Below, one piece after another: positions 62,570-64,000 of a stretch of 64,000 nucleotides of DNA. Numbering within the stretch: the stretch's first letter is position 1; each line of letters starts with the position of its first letter. Under the pieces are notes generated by a model, which was given only the letters and a program-made list of their open reading frames with translations, searched no databases and was not told the origin of the DNA. Source of the stretch: Phoronis australis (lineage: Eukaryota; Animalia; Phoronida); the NCBI GenBank assembly GCA_002633005.1, contig NMRA01000087.1:310001-374000 (forward strand), in the 5' to 3' direction. The translations under genes were made by a program, and so were the position numbers.

Positions 62570-64000
62570 AAATTTAATAGTTTCTTTCAACACAAACGAT
62601 GATAATTAGATCAGCACCGTATTACGTCATGATTCAAAAGAAAAGGTACAAAGCTTTAACAATCTTTAAACACAAATGTGATCACAACTTTAGATTTACA
62701 GAACCATTTTACAAATATACGCGTAATTCACAATCAAATGAGACTTTACTTAAGAAGATGTCTGAGGAACACAATGGCAACGCCACTGAAAGAAAACAAA
62801 ACAAGACAGCTTCACATAAGCGATACCAAAATATTTACTCTTGTCAAGTAAATTCTCAATTACCATAACATTCTACTTACAACTAAAATATATCTGGAAT
62901 CCCAGTTCCCAAAGATTAGAAAAAAGTATTGTCCAACAACTTCTCTTTGTTACTTTATACATGTATGCGTCAAATCTGTCCTCAATAGTTCATGTTTTTT
63001 GATTTTTAAATCGTAAAACAAAAATACGATTAATGCAACATAATTATGCTATGTACAACACAGACATGGCAAAATTAAAAGACGTGTTCCCCTAATAGTA
63101 AACTATTGAATTTATTTTCATGGCTATCAATAACATGCAAATGACGGACATGTCAGTTAGACATACACTTGTGTAACGCAAAGATACGGTAAACACCTGC
63201 GTACCAAACACTTACGGTAAATTACCCCTACGCCGTGTACGGTACATGTTTGCCAGGTTACACAAGCACACGAATAATACGTCATAGTATTTGCTCAGTA
63301 CACACGGAAACTTAGCAACTGAATTTATATCAATAAGGACTACAAAGTTCTATTGTAATAACTTAAAAAAGTGCGATTGAAAAATTCATGGTGTTGATGG
63401 AACATATAAAGAAAACTTTAAGGTATTTTTTCTCGTTCTCACGCCTTCAGAACAAAGACTGAAGTTCATTAACAGAAGGTGTAATTAAACTGAGATTTTA
63501 TATTTCATATAGAAGCGGAAACTTAAATCACCACAGCTGTCGCGAGGCATTCCGAGCAGAGATTTAGTAAGAAAGGATCCTTCAACCCTTTAGATCGACG
63601 GTTGGGAATAGGGATTATGCAAGTGCTTTGAAAAACATTCTACTTTGCCACTACAAACGGTAGATCTGTACAGGTTTCACTCATTTTTCATGATGTAAAC
63701 TTAAACAATAAGCGTTTCGCGTTACCTAATTGTTTTCAAGAAAACACCAAAATAACTGCCTCGTCTTCAGCAGCAAGTATGACGTCATTATACATGTAAC
63801 TAGGATCCTACTGACAAATTTCCTCTGTGTGATATTCATTTTAGCCTACAGTTTTCAGTGGTGTCGCGTCTAAGCATAGTATCCTTAGAATAAAAATTAA
63901 GACACAATTATTAAGAAGGAAACAAATTTTATTGAAATGAAGTTTCGAAAACCACCGCACGTCCAACATTGTTGAAGGCACGACACTGAATCTTGGAGCA

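Overview
AT-rich, intron-containing animal genomic DNA. It is probably an invertebrate, possibly a lophotrochozoan or mollusc (inferred from gene content and repeat style). It is not prokaryotic, and most short ORFs in the track are spurious. Four spliced genes were reconstructed by hand from GT-AG sites with consistent intron phases. (1) The 3' part of a LIM-less Zasp/ALP-Enigma-type ZM-motif protein (+, 5112-8636; 5' exons not found). (2) A complete 4-exon LRRC20 (-, 22007-13646, 178 aa). (3) A complete 14-exon BCAP/PIK3AP1-like TIR-DBB-ankyrin adaptor (+, 22677-53471, about 845 aa), head-to-head with LRRC20 across about 670 bp. (4) A 2-exon Shaw/Kv3-like K+ channel subunit (-, 61909-59796, 493 aa) with a charge-depleted S4 and a PVA gate. 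Introns and UTRs carry several MITE or hairpin elements and minisatellites. Two N-joined duplications are probably assembly artefacts. No rRNA, tRNA or CRISPR array was found. I found no unambiguous new multi-gene system; the best leads are the candidate silent/regulatory Kv subunit, the invertebrate TIR-bearing BCAP with a shared promoter and candidate micro-exon, and possible ancient ZASP-LRRC20-PIK3AP1 linkage.
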